From Octopus sinensis (Eukaryota): a DNA stretch of 64,000 bases. The notes below the pieces were generated by a model, which was given only the letters and a program-made list of their open reading frames with translations, had not been told where the DNA came from and made no database searches. Location of the stretch: positions 34,596,001-34,660,000 of the forward strand of contig NC_043002.1 of the NCBI RefSeq assembly GCF_006345805.1, in the 5' to 3' direction. Below are positions 1 through 12,565 of this stretch, piece after piece. Numbering within the stretch: the stretch's first letter is position 1; every line of letters begins with the position of its first letter. A program made the translations under genes and the position numbers.

Positions 1-52
1 CAATCAGTCAATTGGACATTTCTTCTGCGACAACATCCAAAAGAAAAATCGT

Positions 53-144
53 CGCCCGCAGAGGGACTTGGACCCGCGACCCTCAGATTTCATAACGCGG
101 CAGTTCTTAAAAGTCTGATGCTCTACCGACTGAGCTATGCGGGG
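53..144 (-). pseudogene. tRNA-Lys(UUU) intron-containing copy, degenerate
   Basis: G1>C and T55>C in the B box (GGTCCAAG). Confidence 0.75.
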
Positions 145-301
145 TGACATGCGATTCAGCGAAAATTTAGATAGATTAAATCTTTTGAACTTAGCTACTA
201 TATACATACGTACAAACATACACCAAAACATACATACATACATATATACATACGTACATGCATACATTCATACATACATACATACACAAAACAATACTCA
301 G

Positions 302-342
302 ATGAAATCTGAGGGTCGCGGGTTCAAATCCCTCTGCAGGCG
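302..342 (+). pseudogene. Inverted 3'-half of tRNA-Lys (intron end + exon 2)
   Basis: ATGAA-ATCTGAGGGTCGCGGGTTCAAATCCCTCTGCAGGCG, no 5' exon; followed by inverted copy of the 3' flank. Confidence 0.85.
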
Positions 343-1211
343 ACGAGTAATCTTTTTGGAAATTGTCCCAGAAGAAAAACAAATTGACTGGTTTCAAATA
401 TGGGAATTTAAATTTCAATAATTGAATTGATTGGGTGTGGAAACAACTGCAAGCAGGAATTTCTCTGCATGAATTCGGAAGTGCCCGAAATCGTCGAGTT
501 ATATCGACGGAATGCCCATATATTAACAATTGGTTGTGTCTTCATGGGGTCACTCTGCATGCTCACGCTAATGTATAATGACTATTCTTTACAGGTTTCT
601 ATTAAATGTGTGAGTGTGATTTTCATTCTTTACCAAAGGATATCTATCTATCTCTATATATATCTTGTTTCTGGCACTAATATAATAATATCTTAAATAA
701 TCAATGTAATAATCAATGGTGTTGTTCTTAATGCGCAGCAGTGGTGCAACAAAGTTTAATATATGAAAATACATGATAATTTAATAGGAGCCATTGTGTG
801 TGATTTTAGATGGCGGAAATGGATCTAGTACGATGTAGATATATGTTTCTTTGTAGACGAAAACTGTAGTCAGAGATCTATACTCATGCTTTGCAGAATT
901 ACCAGGGCCGTCAGTTAATTTACATGTGACAATGATTATATTTTACTTGTTTCAGTCAATAGACTGTGGCCGCCGAAGATGATGACATAGCGTGGTAGGA
1001 ATAAAAACAGCAAAAGACTGAATGCTAATGGAAATAGAAGAGCGTAAAAAATATTCGAAAGACAGAAATGACATTGCCAAGCTGGAAAATGTGATGGGCA
1101 GCAAGAAATGATTGAGCAAAAAGGGAAAACAATTGTAACATTTGCAGGGTGAAAATGTGTTCGACTAAGAAAAATGAAAAAAAATAAATGGTATTGCAAG
1201 AAAAAAATTGT

Positions 1212-1303
1212 CGCCCGCAGAGGGATTTGAACCCGCGACCCTCAGATTTCATAACCCGGCAGTTCTTAAAAGTCTGATGCTCTACCGACTGAGCTATGCG
1301 GGC
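1212..1303 (-). tRNA. tRNA-Lys-TTT: tRNA-Lys(UUU), 19-nt intron
   Basis: Perfect acceptor stem, A and B boxes, CTTTTA loop, downstream T7. Confidence 0.9.
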
Positions 1304-1554
1304 TTCCTCTCGTCCAGTTTAACTTTTAGACAAATGAAATATAATGGACTTAGCTACACATTCCTTGTTAACTGAAACGATTGTTGTATAAAGCTGTCAT
1401 CTGATATCTTACGTTACCCCGTAGTGATTACTAATAATTCCTTCACATTTACGCTGATATTTAATTTAGTAATTCGTTCACTCATCAAGTCCCAACCTGG
1501 TAAGTCATATTGGTCATTCAAAATGTATATACACTACTCTCTTTCAATTATAAT

Positions 1555-1635
1555 CTTTTCTACTCTAGGCACAAGGCCCGACATTTTTGTGGAGGGGGCC
1601 AGTCGATTAGATCGACCCCAGTACGCAGCTGGTAT
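1555..1635 (-). mobile_element. SINE 3' fragment embedded in the repeat module (also near 4255, 6780, 7260, 13780, 16450, 20630, 21110, 28710, 32540, 35270)
   Basis: TCTACTCTAGGCACAAGGCCCG...CAGTCGATTAGATCGACCCCAGTACGC, recognised from memory as an octopus SINE tail. Confidence 0.65.
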
Positions 1636-1689
1636 AATATAGCCATCATTTGCTTCAGTTGCATCACGTAATATCTCCTCCTCCTCTAC

Positions 1690-1713
1690 CATCACCACTA
1701 CAACCTCCATCAT

Positions 1714-1754
<41 letters not shown>

Positions 1755-1760
1755 GCAGCA
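1690..1760. repeat. (CAT)n(CAG)n compound microsatellite (paralog ~13915-13972)
   Basis: Direct inspection. Confidence 0.9.
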
Positions 1761-1779
1761 CCCGAACATTGCTGTCTGG

Positions 1780-2018
1780 AGTTCTAGGATTCAGAGAGCT
1801 GGTTACTTCGTCTCCTTGGCGTGTAGGTGACCGAGATCTCTGCAAATCCTCCTCAATGAGATGCCAGTTCATTGAAGGCATACACATTGCAGGTGAGTGG
1901 ACTAAAGTGGACATGATGTAAGTGTCTTGCTCAAGAATAGAATACGCTGCCCCATTCCGGTAATCGAAACCTCGGTCTTGGGAGCAACACTCTTACCACT
2001 CGGTCACGCGCCTTCACT
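1780..2018 (-). mobile_element. tRNA-derived SINE, degenerate (paralog ~13990-14230)
   Basis: AAGTGTCTTGCTCAAG core plus tRNA-like head with B-box remnant (minus GGTTTCGATTACC). Confidence 0.6.
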
Positions 2019-2020
2019 AT

Positions 2021-2217
2021 CCTTTCTACTGTAGGTATAGACACAAAGTTTGGGGTTTGTTCGAGGGTTGGGGTAGGTTAGTCGATTACATCGACCCAAG
2101 TCCTCAACTGGTACTTACTTCATTGTCGGAATTTGAGTTCAGAACGTAGAACCGGAGAAGCGTTACTAAGCATTTTGTTCGGCGTGCCAGTGATACTGCC
2201 AGTCCACCACAGCCTTA
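2021..2217 (-). mobile_element. tRNA-derived SINE, internally deleted (paralog ~14233-14433)
   Basis: GGAATTTGAGTTCAGAACG B-box region and TCGATTACATCGACCC motif; same family as 51740-51966. Confidence 0.65.
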
Positions 2218-2649
2218 TGCGCCTTCCGAATGATAAGGGAATAAAAAAATCAACTCAAAAATATATATCATGATCATATATCATGTATAATAATTGTCAG
2301 ATGCAGATGTTCCTTAAAAGGAATTATGTGAAAACAGGACATCGATTCCATTTCCATTTTCCATCCCAATAAATAAATTATATTTCACACATCTTAAGTC
2401 ATAACTCTTTAATTTCTTTTTCATTTATTTATAGAATTGTCAATATTTTGTAAGACTACTGCGACATTGATTACTGACAAAGTTACACTGAGTCTTAAAA
2501 ACTCCCTTCGGTCACGAATGACCAGAAGGTTCCTCTCCGAGTCACAAGTCCGGGCAAGGTTGTTTGTCGAATACCAGTCAGTCCTTTCCACAACGCTGAT
2601 GTTGTCCAAGAAAACGACAAAGCCGATTCAGTTTGGCAACAGTAATGTC

Positions 2650-2799
2650 GCAAATTATTTCTACTGCTAAGTGAACTGGAGCAATATGAAATGAAGTGTC
2701 TTGCTCAGAAACACAACTCATAGTCCCGGTCTAGGAATCGAACTTACAACATCACGATTGTAAGCCCAATGTTCTAACCACTGAGCCATGCATCTTCAC
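2650..2799 (-). mobile_element. tRNA-derived SINE 5' part (paralog ~14880-15016)
   Basis: AAGTGTCTTGCTCAG core; head GTGAAGATGCATGGCTCAGTGGTTAG...GTTCGATTCC on minus strand. Confidence 0.65.
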
Positions 2800-2967
2800 A
2801 AAAAGGTCATCGTAAAGCCACAACGGAGAATCGAACTTTGTATCTCTCAAATTATCTTGAAAACACCTAATAATTTATAAACATCTAATGTTAAAGTGGA
2901 AAAGTTATCAGAACATATTTCTATTCAGTTTGCAAAAATAGAATACTGTAGGATTGACTATTTGTTT

Positions 2968-2991
2968 TACTACTACTACTACTAACTACTA

Positions 2992-3068
<77 letters not shown>

Positions 3069-3111
3069 ACTACTACTACTACTACTACACACACACACAC
3101 GCACGTGTATG

Positions 3112-3173
<62 letters not shown>
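2968..3173. repeat. (TAC)n(AC)n(AT)n compound microsatellite (paralog 15187-15380)
   Basis: Direct inspection. Confidence 0.95.
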
Positions 3174-3176
<3 letters not shown>

Positions 3177-3674
3177 ATAATTAAGGGTAAAATCAATTAG
3201 CTATTAATTAATTTCACCAAGTATTTCTCAGTATGTAAAAACCATTCAAGGCGTATTCAAAATATTTCACGTGGATGGGAGGGGATGGTACATAGATTCT
3301 TTACTTGCACTGTTTGAATTCGCTGGCACTATCAGTTTGTTCGTCTGAGGTGATTCAGTCGGTTGAGTATGTTCATATTTTTATGCTTTCAAATCAAATA
3401 AGAAATGTTGAGCTGACGAAAGAAATGTCGAGTTTTAATTCGGCTAATCTAGAAACGTTGAAACGTTCTCAAATAATCTTTGTACTTGTGATATTTTGTT
3501 GTTTTCCCTCCATGTCTACGTGAGTTATTTTTGAGTAAGCACTTTCAGGGAGATTCTTCTTAAAGTAGTAGAAATGGCTAAACAACATTTTTTTGGCTGC
3601 AATTCTAAAAATTCAGTATGTGGCAAAGTAAATATTTTACTAAGCCCTTAATTATAAATGTATATATATATATG

Positions 3675-3749
<75 letters not shown>

Positions 3750-3943
3750 AGAAAAACAAGAGAAAAAAGAAAAAAATGACGTACAGAAGTTGATTATTCA
3801 TAGAAATTTAAATTCATGCAGAGAAATTCCTGCATACAGCTGTTTCCACACCTAATCAATTGAATTATGGAAATGTAAATTCCAATCTTTGAAACCAGTT
3901 TATTGGATATTTCTTCATGGACAACTTCCAAAAGAAAATTCGT

Positions 3944-4038
3944 CGCCTGCAGAGGGACTTGAACTCGCGACCCTCAGATTTCATAACTCGACTGTTCTTA
4001 AAGTCGATCTGATGCTCTAACGACTGAGCTATGCGGGC
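3944..4038 (-). pseudogene. tRNA-Lys pseudogene
   Basis: Insertion in anticodon arm plus acceptor, T-stem and D-loop substitutions. Confidence 0.8.
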
Positions 4039-4422
4039 TTCAACCGCTAGATTTAACTTTTAGACAAATGAAATATAATGGACTTAGCTACACATTCCTT
4101 GTTAAAGGAAACGATTGTTGTATAAAAGCTGTCATCTGATATCTTATGTACCCCTTAGTAGTTTCTAATAACTCCTTCAAATTTACTACTGATATTTAAT
4201 AAGTAATTCGTTCATTCATCAAGTCCCATCCTGGTAAAGTCATATTATAATCTTTTTACTCTAGGCACAAGGCCCGACATTTTTGTGGAGGGTGCCAGTC
4301 GAATAGATCGACCCAGAGCGCAGGTGGTATAATATAGCACTGTACCTATGCCTGTGTTTAGCCCCTTGTGGGTAATAAAGAAATAGGTATAATATAGCCC
4401 TCATCTGTTTCGGTTGCATCAC

Positions 4423-4658
4423 GAGAACTATGTTATGAAGTATTTTTCCATATTTCTCCTGAAGGAGTGTCATTCTTTGGACATTTGTAGAAGGGAAGAT
4501 CTTAAATTTCCTTCTCCACATGTATCTGGTATTTACTCAGCGAAACACCTAGAAACATGTGGAGAAGGAAAATTTAAGATCTTTCCCTTCTACAAATGTC
4601 CAAAGAATGACACCTCCTTTAGGAGAAATATGGAACAATACTTCGTAACAAAGTTCTC
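4423..4658. mobile_element. ~240-bp palindromic fold-back/MITE-like element
   Basis: GAGAACTATGTTATGAAG...CTTCGTAACAAAGTTCTC with ~110-bp inverted arms and a short loop. Confidence 0.8.
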
Positions 4659-5299
4659 ACACCAAATTAAATGGCTGAAAATATTTCTATAATAATTTGT
4701 ACTTAATGAAGGACCAATTTTGTAAAGTAAATTGTATTAAACACACACACACACACACCACACACACACACACACACATACACACAAACAGTACTACAGA
4801 TATGTACATATACGTAAAGAAAATCACTCTTTCATCCAGGTTCCCCAACCCATATCAGCACAGGTATCAACCATTGGATTGAAAGCCTCACCAGTTGCAA
4901 AAATGTAAACACATTTTTTTTTCTTTCCCTCCTCCTCCTTCCTTTCATTCCCCTTTCCCATTTGACACACTTTTCAGATACACAGACACCCACACACATG
5001 CGCACATACACGCGCACACACACACACACACACACACGCACGCGTGCGCGCGCACCCTCTCTCTCTCTCTCAGAAGACAATGATAAAAAAGAAATCCAAA
5101 TAATTATTTGAAAAGTGACATTTTGCTCCCCTTGGAGTGACCAGCTGGGTTTGCCATTTTTAAAAGCCAATAATCACTTACCATTGAAAGACTGACCAGC
5201 TGCAAAGATATCAGCCAATTCTTTTCTTCTTTCTCTCCTTCTTCTCCCTTTCCTTCTATTTTTCTTTAACACTACTTTAAGATACAAAAACACACACGA

Positions 5300-5334
<35 letters not shown>

Positions 5335-5584
5335 CTTTCTCCACATTCTTCACCCTCTTGTAGAATCACATATCTCTCCCCGCCCCTACACACTCAATAA
5401 TACTATAAATGGAGACAAAATTCTTGCAAAAGTTCAATTTGAAAACTCCACTAGAGTGGACGAAAGCGCTTTTATATGATATATGATTCATAACAAATGT
5501 AACATACTTATAAATATCTGTAAATATAAAACCAACCAGTCAATTGGACATTTCTTCTGCAACAATTTCCAAAAGAAAAAACGT

Positions 5585-5675
5585 CGCCCGCAGAGGGACT
5601 TGAACCCGCGACCCTCAGATTTCATAAAACGGTAGTTCTTAAAATCTGATGCTCTACCGACTGAACTATGCGGGC
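5585..5675 (-). pseudogene. tRNA-Lys-derived copy lacking C32; predicted spliced anticodon UUA
   Basis: TCAGA-TTTTAA-GAAC; 91 nt; C11>T. Confidence 0.6.
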
Positions 5676-5803
5676 TGACACACAAAACAACGAAAATTTA
5701 GATAGATTAAATCTTTTGAACTTAGCTACTATATACATACGTACATACATACATACATACATACATACATACATACATACATACACACACAAACAATACT
5801 CAG

Positions 5804-5838
5804 ATGAAATCTGAGGGTCGCGGGTTCAAATCCCTCTG
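5804..5838 (+). pseudogene. Inverted tRNA-Lys 3'-half, truncated in acceptor strand
   Basis: ATGAAATCTGAGGGTCGCGGGTTCAAATCCCTCTG. Confidence 0.8.
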
Positions 5839-6433
5839 ATTATTTAATCCATTGATATTTAAGATTTTCATTTTTTACCAAAGGACATCTATCTATATAA
5901 AATATCTGTTTTCTGGCACTAATATTACAATATCTTAAAATGTAATATCAATAGTGTTGCTCTTAATGCGCAGCAGTGGTGCAACGAAGTTTAATATATG
6001 AAAATACATGATAATATAAGAGGAGCCATTGTGTGTGATTTTAGATGGCTGAAATGGATCTAGTACCATGTAAATGTATGTTTCTTTATAGATGAAAACT
6101 GTAGTCAGAGATCTATACTCATGCTTCACAGAATTACCAGGACCGTCAGTTAATTTACTTGTGACAATGATTAAATTTTACTGTTTCAGTAATTAGACTG
6201 TGGCCGAAGATGATGACATAGCGTGGTAGGAATAAAAGAGCAAAAGACTGAATGCTAAGGGAAATAGAAGAGCGTAAAAATATTTCGAAAGACCGGAAGG
6301 ACATTGCCAAGCTGGAAAACGTGATGGGCAGCAAGAAAGGATTGAGCAAAAAGGAAAGCAATTGTAACAGTTGCCGGGTGAAAATGTGTTCGACTACGAG
6401 AAAAAAAAATGGTATTGCAAGAAAATAATATGT

Positions 6434-6525
6434 CACCCGCAGAGGGACTTGAACCTTCGACCCTCAGATTTCATAACACGACAGTTCTTAAAAGTCTGAT
6501 GCTCTACCGACTGAGCTATGCGGGC
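6434..6525 (-). tRNA. tRNA-Lys-TTT: tRNA-Lys(UUU) variant, 19-nt intron
   Basis: T72 (G.U pair); T-stem 5' strand GAAGG. Confidence 0.75.
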
Positions 6526-7039
6526 TTCCTCTCGTCCAGTTTAACTTTTAGGCAACTGAAATATTATGGACTTAGCTAGACATTCCTTGTTAACTGAAAC
6601 GATTGTTGCATAGAGCTGTCATCTGATATCTTATGTCACACCGTAGTGATTACTAATAATTCCTTCACATTAACTACTGGTATTAATATAGCAATTCGTT
6701 CACTCATCAAGTCCCATCCTGGTAAATTCATATTGGTCATTCAAAATGTATATACACTACTCACTTTCAATTATAATCTTTTCTACTCTAGGCACAAGGC
6801 CCGACATTTTTGTGGAGGGGGCCAGTCGAATAGTTCGACCCCAGTGCGCAGGTGGTATAATATAGATAGAAAGATGATAGAAAAAAAATGATGTACAGAA
6901 TGTTTTATTGAAAGAAATTCGAATTCCTGCTTACACTTGTTTCCACACCTAATGAATTCAATTCAAGAAATTTAAGTTCTCACATCTGAAAACAGTTATT
7001 GGGTATTTCTTCAAGGTCATTTTCGAAAAGAGAAGTCGT

Positions 7040-7130
7040 CGCCCGCAGACGGACTTAACCTGCGTCCCTCAGATTTCATCAATCTAAAGTTCTTAAAAGT
7101 CTGATCCTCTACCGACTGAGCTATACGGGC
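7040..7130 (-). pseudogene. tRNA-Lys pseudogene
   Basis: C56 deleted from T loop, several stem mismatches. Confidence 0.8.
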
Positions 7131-7398
7131 TGTCAAGCGTTTCAGCGAAAAGTTAGATAGATTAATCTTTTGAACCTATCTACTATATACATACGTACAT
7201 ATATACAACATACATACATACAATACTACTTGCAATGGTTACATTGCAATGGTTACATTTCTACTCGAGGCACAAGGCCCGACATTCCTGTAGAGGGGGC
7301 CAGTCGAATAGATCGACCCCAGTGCGCAGGTGTTTAGCCCATTGTGGGTAATAAAGAAATGGGTATAACATAGTCCTCATCTGTTTCAGTTGCATCAC

Positions 7399-7639
7399 GA
7401 GAACTATGTTATGAAGTATTTTTCCATATTTCTCCTGAAGGAGGTGTCACTCTTTGGACATTTGTAGAAGGAAAAGATCTTAAATTTTCCTTTTCCACAT
7501 GTATCTGGGTATTTACTCAGTGAAACACCTAGAAACATGTGGAGAAGGAAAATTTAAGAACTTTCCCTTCTACAAATGTCCAAAGAATGACACCTCCTTC
7601 AGGAGAAATATGGGAAAAATACTTCATAACAAAGTTCTT
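7399..7639. mobile_element. ~240-bp palindromic element
   Basis: Same inverted arms as 4423-4658. Confidence 0.8.
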
Positions 7640-7968
7640 CACCAAATTAAATGGCTAAAATGTTCCATAATATTTTGTACTAGATGAAGGACCAAATTTG
7701 TAAAGTAAATTGTATTAAACACACACCACACACACACACACACATATGCACACAAACAGTACTACAGATATGTACATATAAATAAATAAAAACACTCTTT
7801 CATCCAGATTCCCAACCCATATCAGCACAGGTATCAAACATTGGATTGAAAGACTCACCAGTTGCAAAAATGTAAACACATTTTTTTCTTCTTTCCCTCC
7901 TCCTCCTCCTTCCTTTCATTCCCTTTCCCATTTGACACTTCCTTTCAGATACACAGACACCCACACAC

Positions 7969-8025
<57 letters not shown>

Positions 8026-8548
8026 CTCTCTCTCACACAAGACAATGATAAAAAAAGAAATCAAGACAATTTTTTGAAAAGTGACATTTTGCTCCCCTTG
8101 GAGTGACCAACTGGGTTTGCCATTTCTAAAAGCCAATAATCACTTACCATTGAAAGACTGACCAGCTGCAAAGATATCAGCAAATTTTTTCTTCTTTCTC
8201 TCCTTCTTCTTCCTTTCCTTCGCTTTTTCTTTAAAACTTATTTAAGATACAAAAACACACACGATCTCTCTCTCTCACTTTCTCCCCATTCTTCACCCTC
8301 TCGTAGTATCTTATATCTCTCCCCGATCACTACACACTCAATAATACTATAAAAGGAGACAAAATTCCTGCAAAAGTTCAATTTGAAAACTCCACTAGAG
8401 TGGACCAAAGCGCTTTTATATGATATATGATTCATAAAAAATGTAACATACTAATAAATATCTGTAAATATAAAAGCATCCAGCAAATATAAAACCAACC
8501 AGTCAATTGGGCATTTTCTTCTTGGACAATTTCCAAAAGAAAAATTGT

Positions 8549-8640
8549 CGCCCGCAGAGGGACTTGAACCCGCGACCCTCAGATTTCATAACACGGCAGT
8601 TTTTAAAAGTCTGATGCTCTACCGACTGAGCTATGCGGGC
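8549..8640 (-). tRNA. tRNA-Lys-TTT: tRNA-Lys(UUU), 19-nt intron
   Basis: Consensus exons, downstream T5. Confidence 0.9.
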
Positions 8641-8820
8641 TGACATGCGATTCAACCAAAATTTAGATAGATTAGATCTTTTGAACTTAGCTAATATATA
8701 CCTACGTACATACATACACACAAGCATACATACATATATACATACATACATGCATACAAACATACATACATACATACATACATACATACATACATACATA
8801 CATACACAAACAATACTCAG

Positions 8821-8861
8821 ATGAAATCTGAGGGTCGCGGGTTCAAATCCTTCTGGGGGCG
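8821..8861 (+). pseudogene. Inverted tRNA-Lys 3'-half
   Basis: ATGAAATCTGAGGGTCGCGGGTTCAAATCCTTCTGGGGGCG. Confidence 0.8.
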
Positions 8862-8997
8862 ACGAGTTTTCTTTTGGAAATTGGTCCAGAAGAAATAACC
8901 AATTGACAGGTTTCCAACAAGGAGGGGGCCTGTCGAATAGATCGACTCCAGTACGCAGCTGGTTTAATATAGCCATCAGTTATTTCAGTTGCAACAC

Positions 8998-9173
8998 GAG
9001 AACTATGTTATGAAGTATTTTTCCATATTTCTCCTGAAGGAGGTGTCATTCTTTGGACATTTGTAGAAGGAAAAGATCTTAAATTTTCCTTCTCCACATG
9101 TATCTGGGTATTTACTCAGCGAAACACCTAGAAACAAGTGGAGAAGGAAAATTTAAGGTCTTTCCCTTCTACA
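8998..9173. mobile_element. Palindromic element, right arm truncated by deletion
   Basis: Left arm intact; ~290 bp missing relative to the paralog starting at 22862. Confidence 0.75.
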
Positions 9174-9307
9174 TTGGATTGAAAGCCTCACCAGTTGCAA
9201 AAATGTAAACACATTTTTTTTTCTTTCCCTCCTCCTCCTTCCTTTCATTCCCCTTTCCCATTTGACACACTCTTCAGATACACAGACACCCACACACACG
9301 CGCACAT

Positions 9308-9340
<33 letters not shown>

Positions 9341-9600
9341 TGCGCGCGCGCCCACGCACCCTCTCTCTCTCTCTCTCAGAAGACAATGATAAAAAGAAAT
9401 CCAGTTAATTATTTGAAAAGTGACATTTTGCTCCCCTTGGAGTGACCAGCTGGGTTTGCCATTTTTAAAAGCCAATAATCACTTACCATTGAAAGACTGA
9501 CCAGCTGAAAAGATAACAGCAAATTTTTTTCTTTCTCTCCTTCTTCTCCCTTTCCTTCTATTTTTCTTTAACACTACTTAAGATACACAAACACACACGA

Positions 9601-9631
<31 letters not shown>

Positions 9632-9880
9632 ACTTTCTCCCATTCTTCACCCTCTTGTAGAATCATATATCTCTCCCCGCCCCTACACACTCAATAATAC
9701 TACAAAAGGAGACAAAATTCTTGCAAAAGTTCAATTTGAAAACTCCACTAGAGTGGACGAATGCGCTTTTATATGATATATGTTTCATAACAAATGTAAC
9801 ATACTTATAAATATCTGTAAATAGAAAACCAACCAGTCAATTGGACATTTCTTCTGCAACAATTTCCAAAACAAAGTCGT

Positions 9881-9972
9881 CGCCCGCAGAGGGACTTGAA
9901 CCCGCGACCCTCAGATTTCATAACACGGTAGTTCTTAAAAGTCTGATGCTCCACCGACTTAGCTATGCGGGC
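9881..9972 (-). pseudogene. tRNA-Lys(UUU) copy with D-arm mutations
   Basis: C13>A and A21>G. Confidence 0.6.
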
Positions 9973-10092
9973 TGACACACAAAACAACGAAAATTTAGAT
10001 AGATTAAATCTTTTGAACTTAGCTACTATATACCTACGTACATACATACATACATACATACATACATACATACATACACAAACAATACTCAG

Positions 10093-10127
10093 ATGAAATC
10101 TGAGGGTCGCGGGTTCAAATCCCTCTG
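10093..10127 (+). pseudogene. Inverted tRNA-Lys 3'-half, truncated
   Basis: Same as 5804-5838. Confidence 0.8.
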
Positions 10128-10692
10128 ATTATTTAATCCCATTGATTATTTAAGATTTTCAGTTTTTTACCAAAGGACATCTATCTATATAAATATCTTG
10201 TTTTCTGGCACTAATAATACAATATCTTAAAATGTAATAATCAATAGTGTTGCTCTTAATGCGCAGCAGTGGTGCAACGAAGTTTAATATATGAAAATAC
10301 ATGATAATATAAGAGGAGCCATTGTGTGTGATTTTAGATGGCTGAAATGGATCTAGTACCATGTAAATGTATGTTTCTTTATAGATGAAAACTGTAGTCA
10401 GAGATCTATACTCATGCTTCACAGTATTACCAGGGCCGTCAGTTAATTTATATGTGACAATTATTATATATTACTTGTTTCAGTCATTAGACTGTGGCCG
10501 AAGATGATGACATAGCGTAGTAGGAATAAAACAGCAAAAGACTGAATGCTAATGGAAATAGAAAACGTGATGGGCAGCAAGAAAGTATTTAGCAAAAAGG
10601 GAAAGCAATTGTAACAGTTGCAGGGTGAAAATGTGTTCGACTAAGAAAAAAAAAAAAAAAAAAGAAATGGTATTGCATGATAAAAATTGTGT

Positions 10693-10784
10693 CGCCCGCA
10701 GAGGGACTTGAACCCGCGACCCTCAGATTTCATAACTAGACAGTACTAAAAAGTCTGATGCTCTACCGACTGAGCTATGCGGGC
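10693..10784 (-). tRNA. tRNA-Lys(UUU) variant with T37 (internal T5)
   Basis: Exons otherwise consensus; anticodon loop CTTTTT. Confidence 0.6.
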
Positions 10785-11166
10785 TTCCGTCCGTTCAGTT
10801 TAACTTTTAGACAAATGAAATATTATGGACTTAGCTAGACATTCCTTGTTAACTGAAACGATTGTTGTATAAAGCTGTCATCTGATATCTTATGTCACCC
10901 CGTAGTGATTACTAATAATTCCTTCACATTTACTACTGATATCTAATATGTAATTCGTTCACTCATCAAGTCCATCCTGGTAAAGTCATACTTGTCATAC
11001 AAAATGTATATACACTACTCTCTTTCAATTATAATCATAACAATGTTCTCCACCAAATTAAATGGCTTAAAATATTTCTATAATAATTTGTACTAGATGA
11101 AGGACCAATTTTGTAAAGTAAACTGTATTAACCACACAGACACACACACAGACACACAGACACACA

Positions 11167-11204
<38 letters not shown>

Positions 11205-11479
11205 CACACAAACAGTACATCACATATGTACATATACATTAATATTAATAATCTTTCATCCAGATTCTCCAACGCATATCAGCACAGGAATCAAACACTG
11301 GATTGAAAGATTTATACAGTGGTATAAATGTCAACACAATTACTCCTTCTTCTTCTCTTTCTTCTATCTTCCTTCTCCAGCGACAACCCTTCGAGATACA
11401 CAGGCACCCACACACACATGTGCACACACACACACACACACATGTGCACACACACACACACATGTGCACACACACACGT

Positions 11480-11517
<38 letters not shown>

Positions 11518-12276
11518 CAATGATAAAAAGAAATCCAGACAATTTTTTGAGAAGTGACATTTTGCCCCCCTTGAAGTGGTCAGTTGAGTTTGCCATTTCT
11601 AAAAGCCAAGAAATATTTTCTATTGAAAGACTCACCAGTTGTAAAAATGTAAACACATTTTTTCTTCTTTCTCTGCTCCTCCTTCCTTTCATTCCCTTTC
11701 CCATTTGACACCTTATTCAGATACACAGACACCCACACACGCGCACACACACACACGCACACACACACACACGCACACACTCTCTCTCCCCTCTCACAAG
11801 ACAAGGATAAAAAAGAAATCCAGACAATTTTTTGAAAAGGGACATTTTGCTCCCCTTGGAGTGACCAGCTAGGTTTGCCATTTCTAAAAGCCAAGAATCC
11901 CTTACCATTGAAAGACTGACCAGCTGCAAAGATATCAGTAAATTTTTCTTCTTTCTCTCCTCCTTCTTCTTCGTGTCCTCTTTTTCTTTTACACTTATTT
12001 AAGATACAAAAACACACGATCTCTCTCTCTCACTTTCTCCCCATTCTTCACCCTCTTGTAGTATCTTATATCTCTCCCCGATCCCTACACACTCAATATA
12101 AAAGGAGACAAAATTCCTGCAAAAGTTCAATTTGAAAACTCCAATAGAGTGGACGAAAGCCCTTTTATATGATATATGATCCATAAAAAATGTAGCATAC
12201 TAATAAATATCTGTAAATATAAAACCATCCAGCAAATATAAAACCAACCAGTCAATTGGACCAAAAGAAAAATCGT

Positions 12277-12368
12277 CGCCCGCAGAGGGACTTGAACCCG
12301 CGACCCTCAGATTTCATAACTCGGCATTTCTTAAAAGTCTGATGCTCTGCCGACTGAGCTATGCGGGC
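12277..12368 (-). tRNA. tRNA-Lys-TTT: tRNA-Lys(UUU), 19-nt intron
   Basis: Consensus except T20>C. Confidence 0.8.
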
Positions 12369-12524
12369 TGACATGCGATTCAGCGAAAATTTAGATAGAT
12401 TAAATCTTTTGAACTTAGCTACTATAAACATAAGTACAAACATACACCCAAACATACATACATACATATATACATACGTACATGCATACATTCATACATA
12501 CATACATACACAAACAATACTCAG

Positions 12525-12565
12525 ATGAAATCTGAGGGTCGCGGGTTCAAATCCCTCTGCAGGCG
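12525..12565 (+). pseudogene. Inverted tRNA-Lys 3'-half
   Basis: Paralog of 302-342. Confidence 0.85.

Noticed and set aside
302-342. Permuted or D-armless tRNA(GAA) gene from the half fragments
   Set aside because: No 5' exon on the same strand, no 5' acceptor strand upstream, and the loop is only 5 nt
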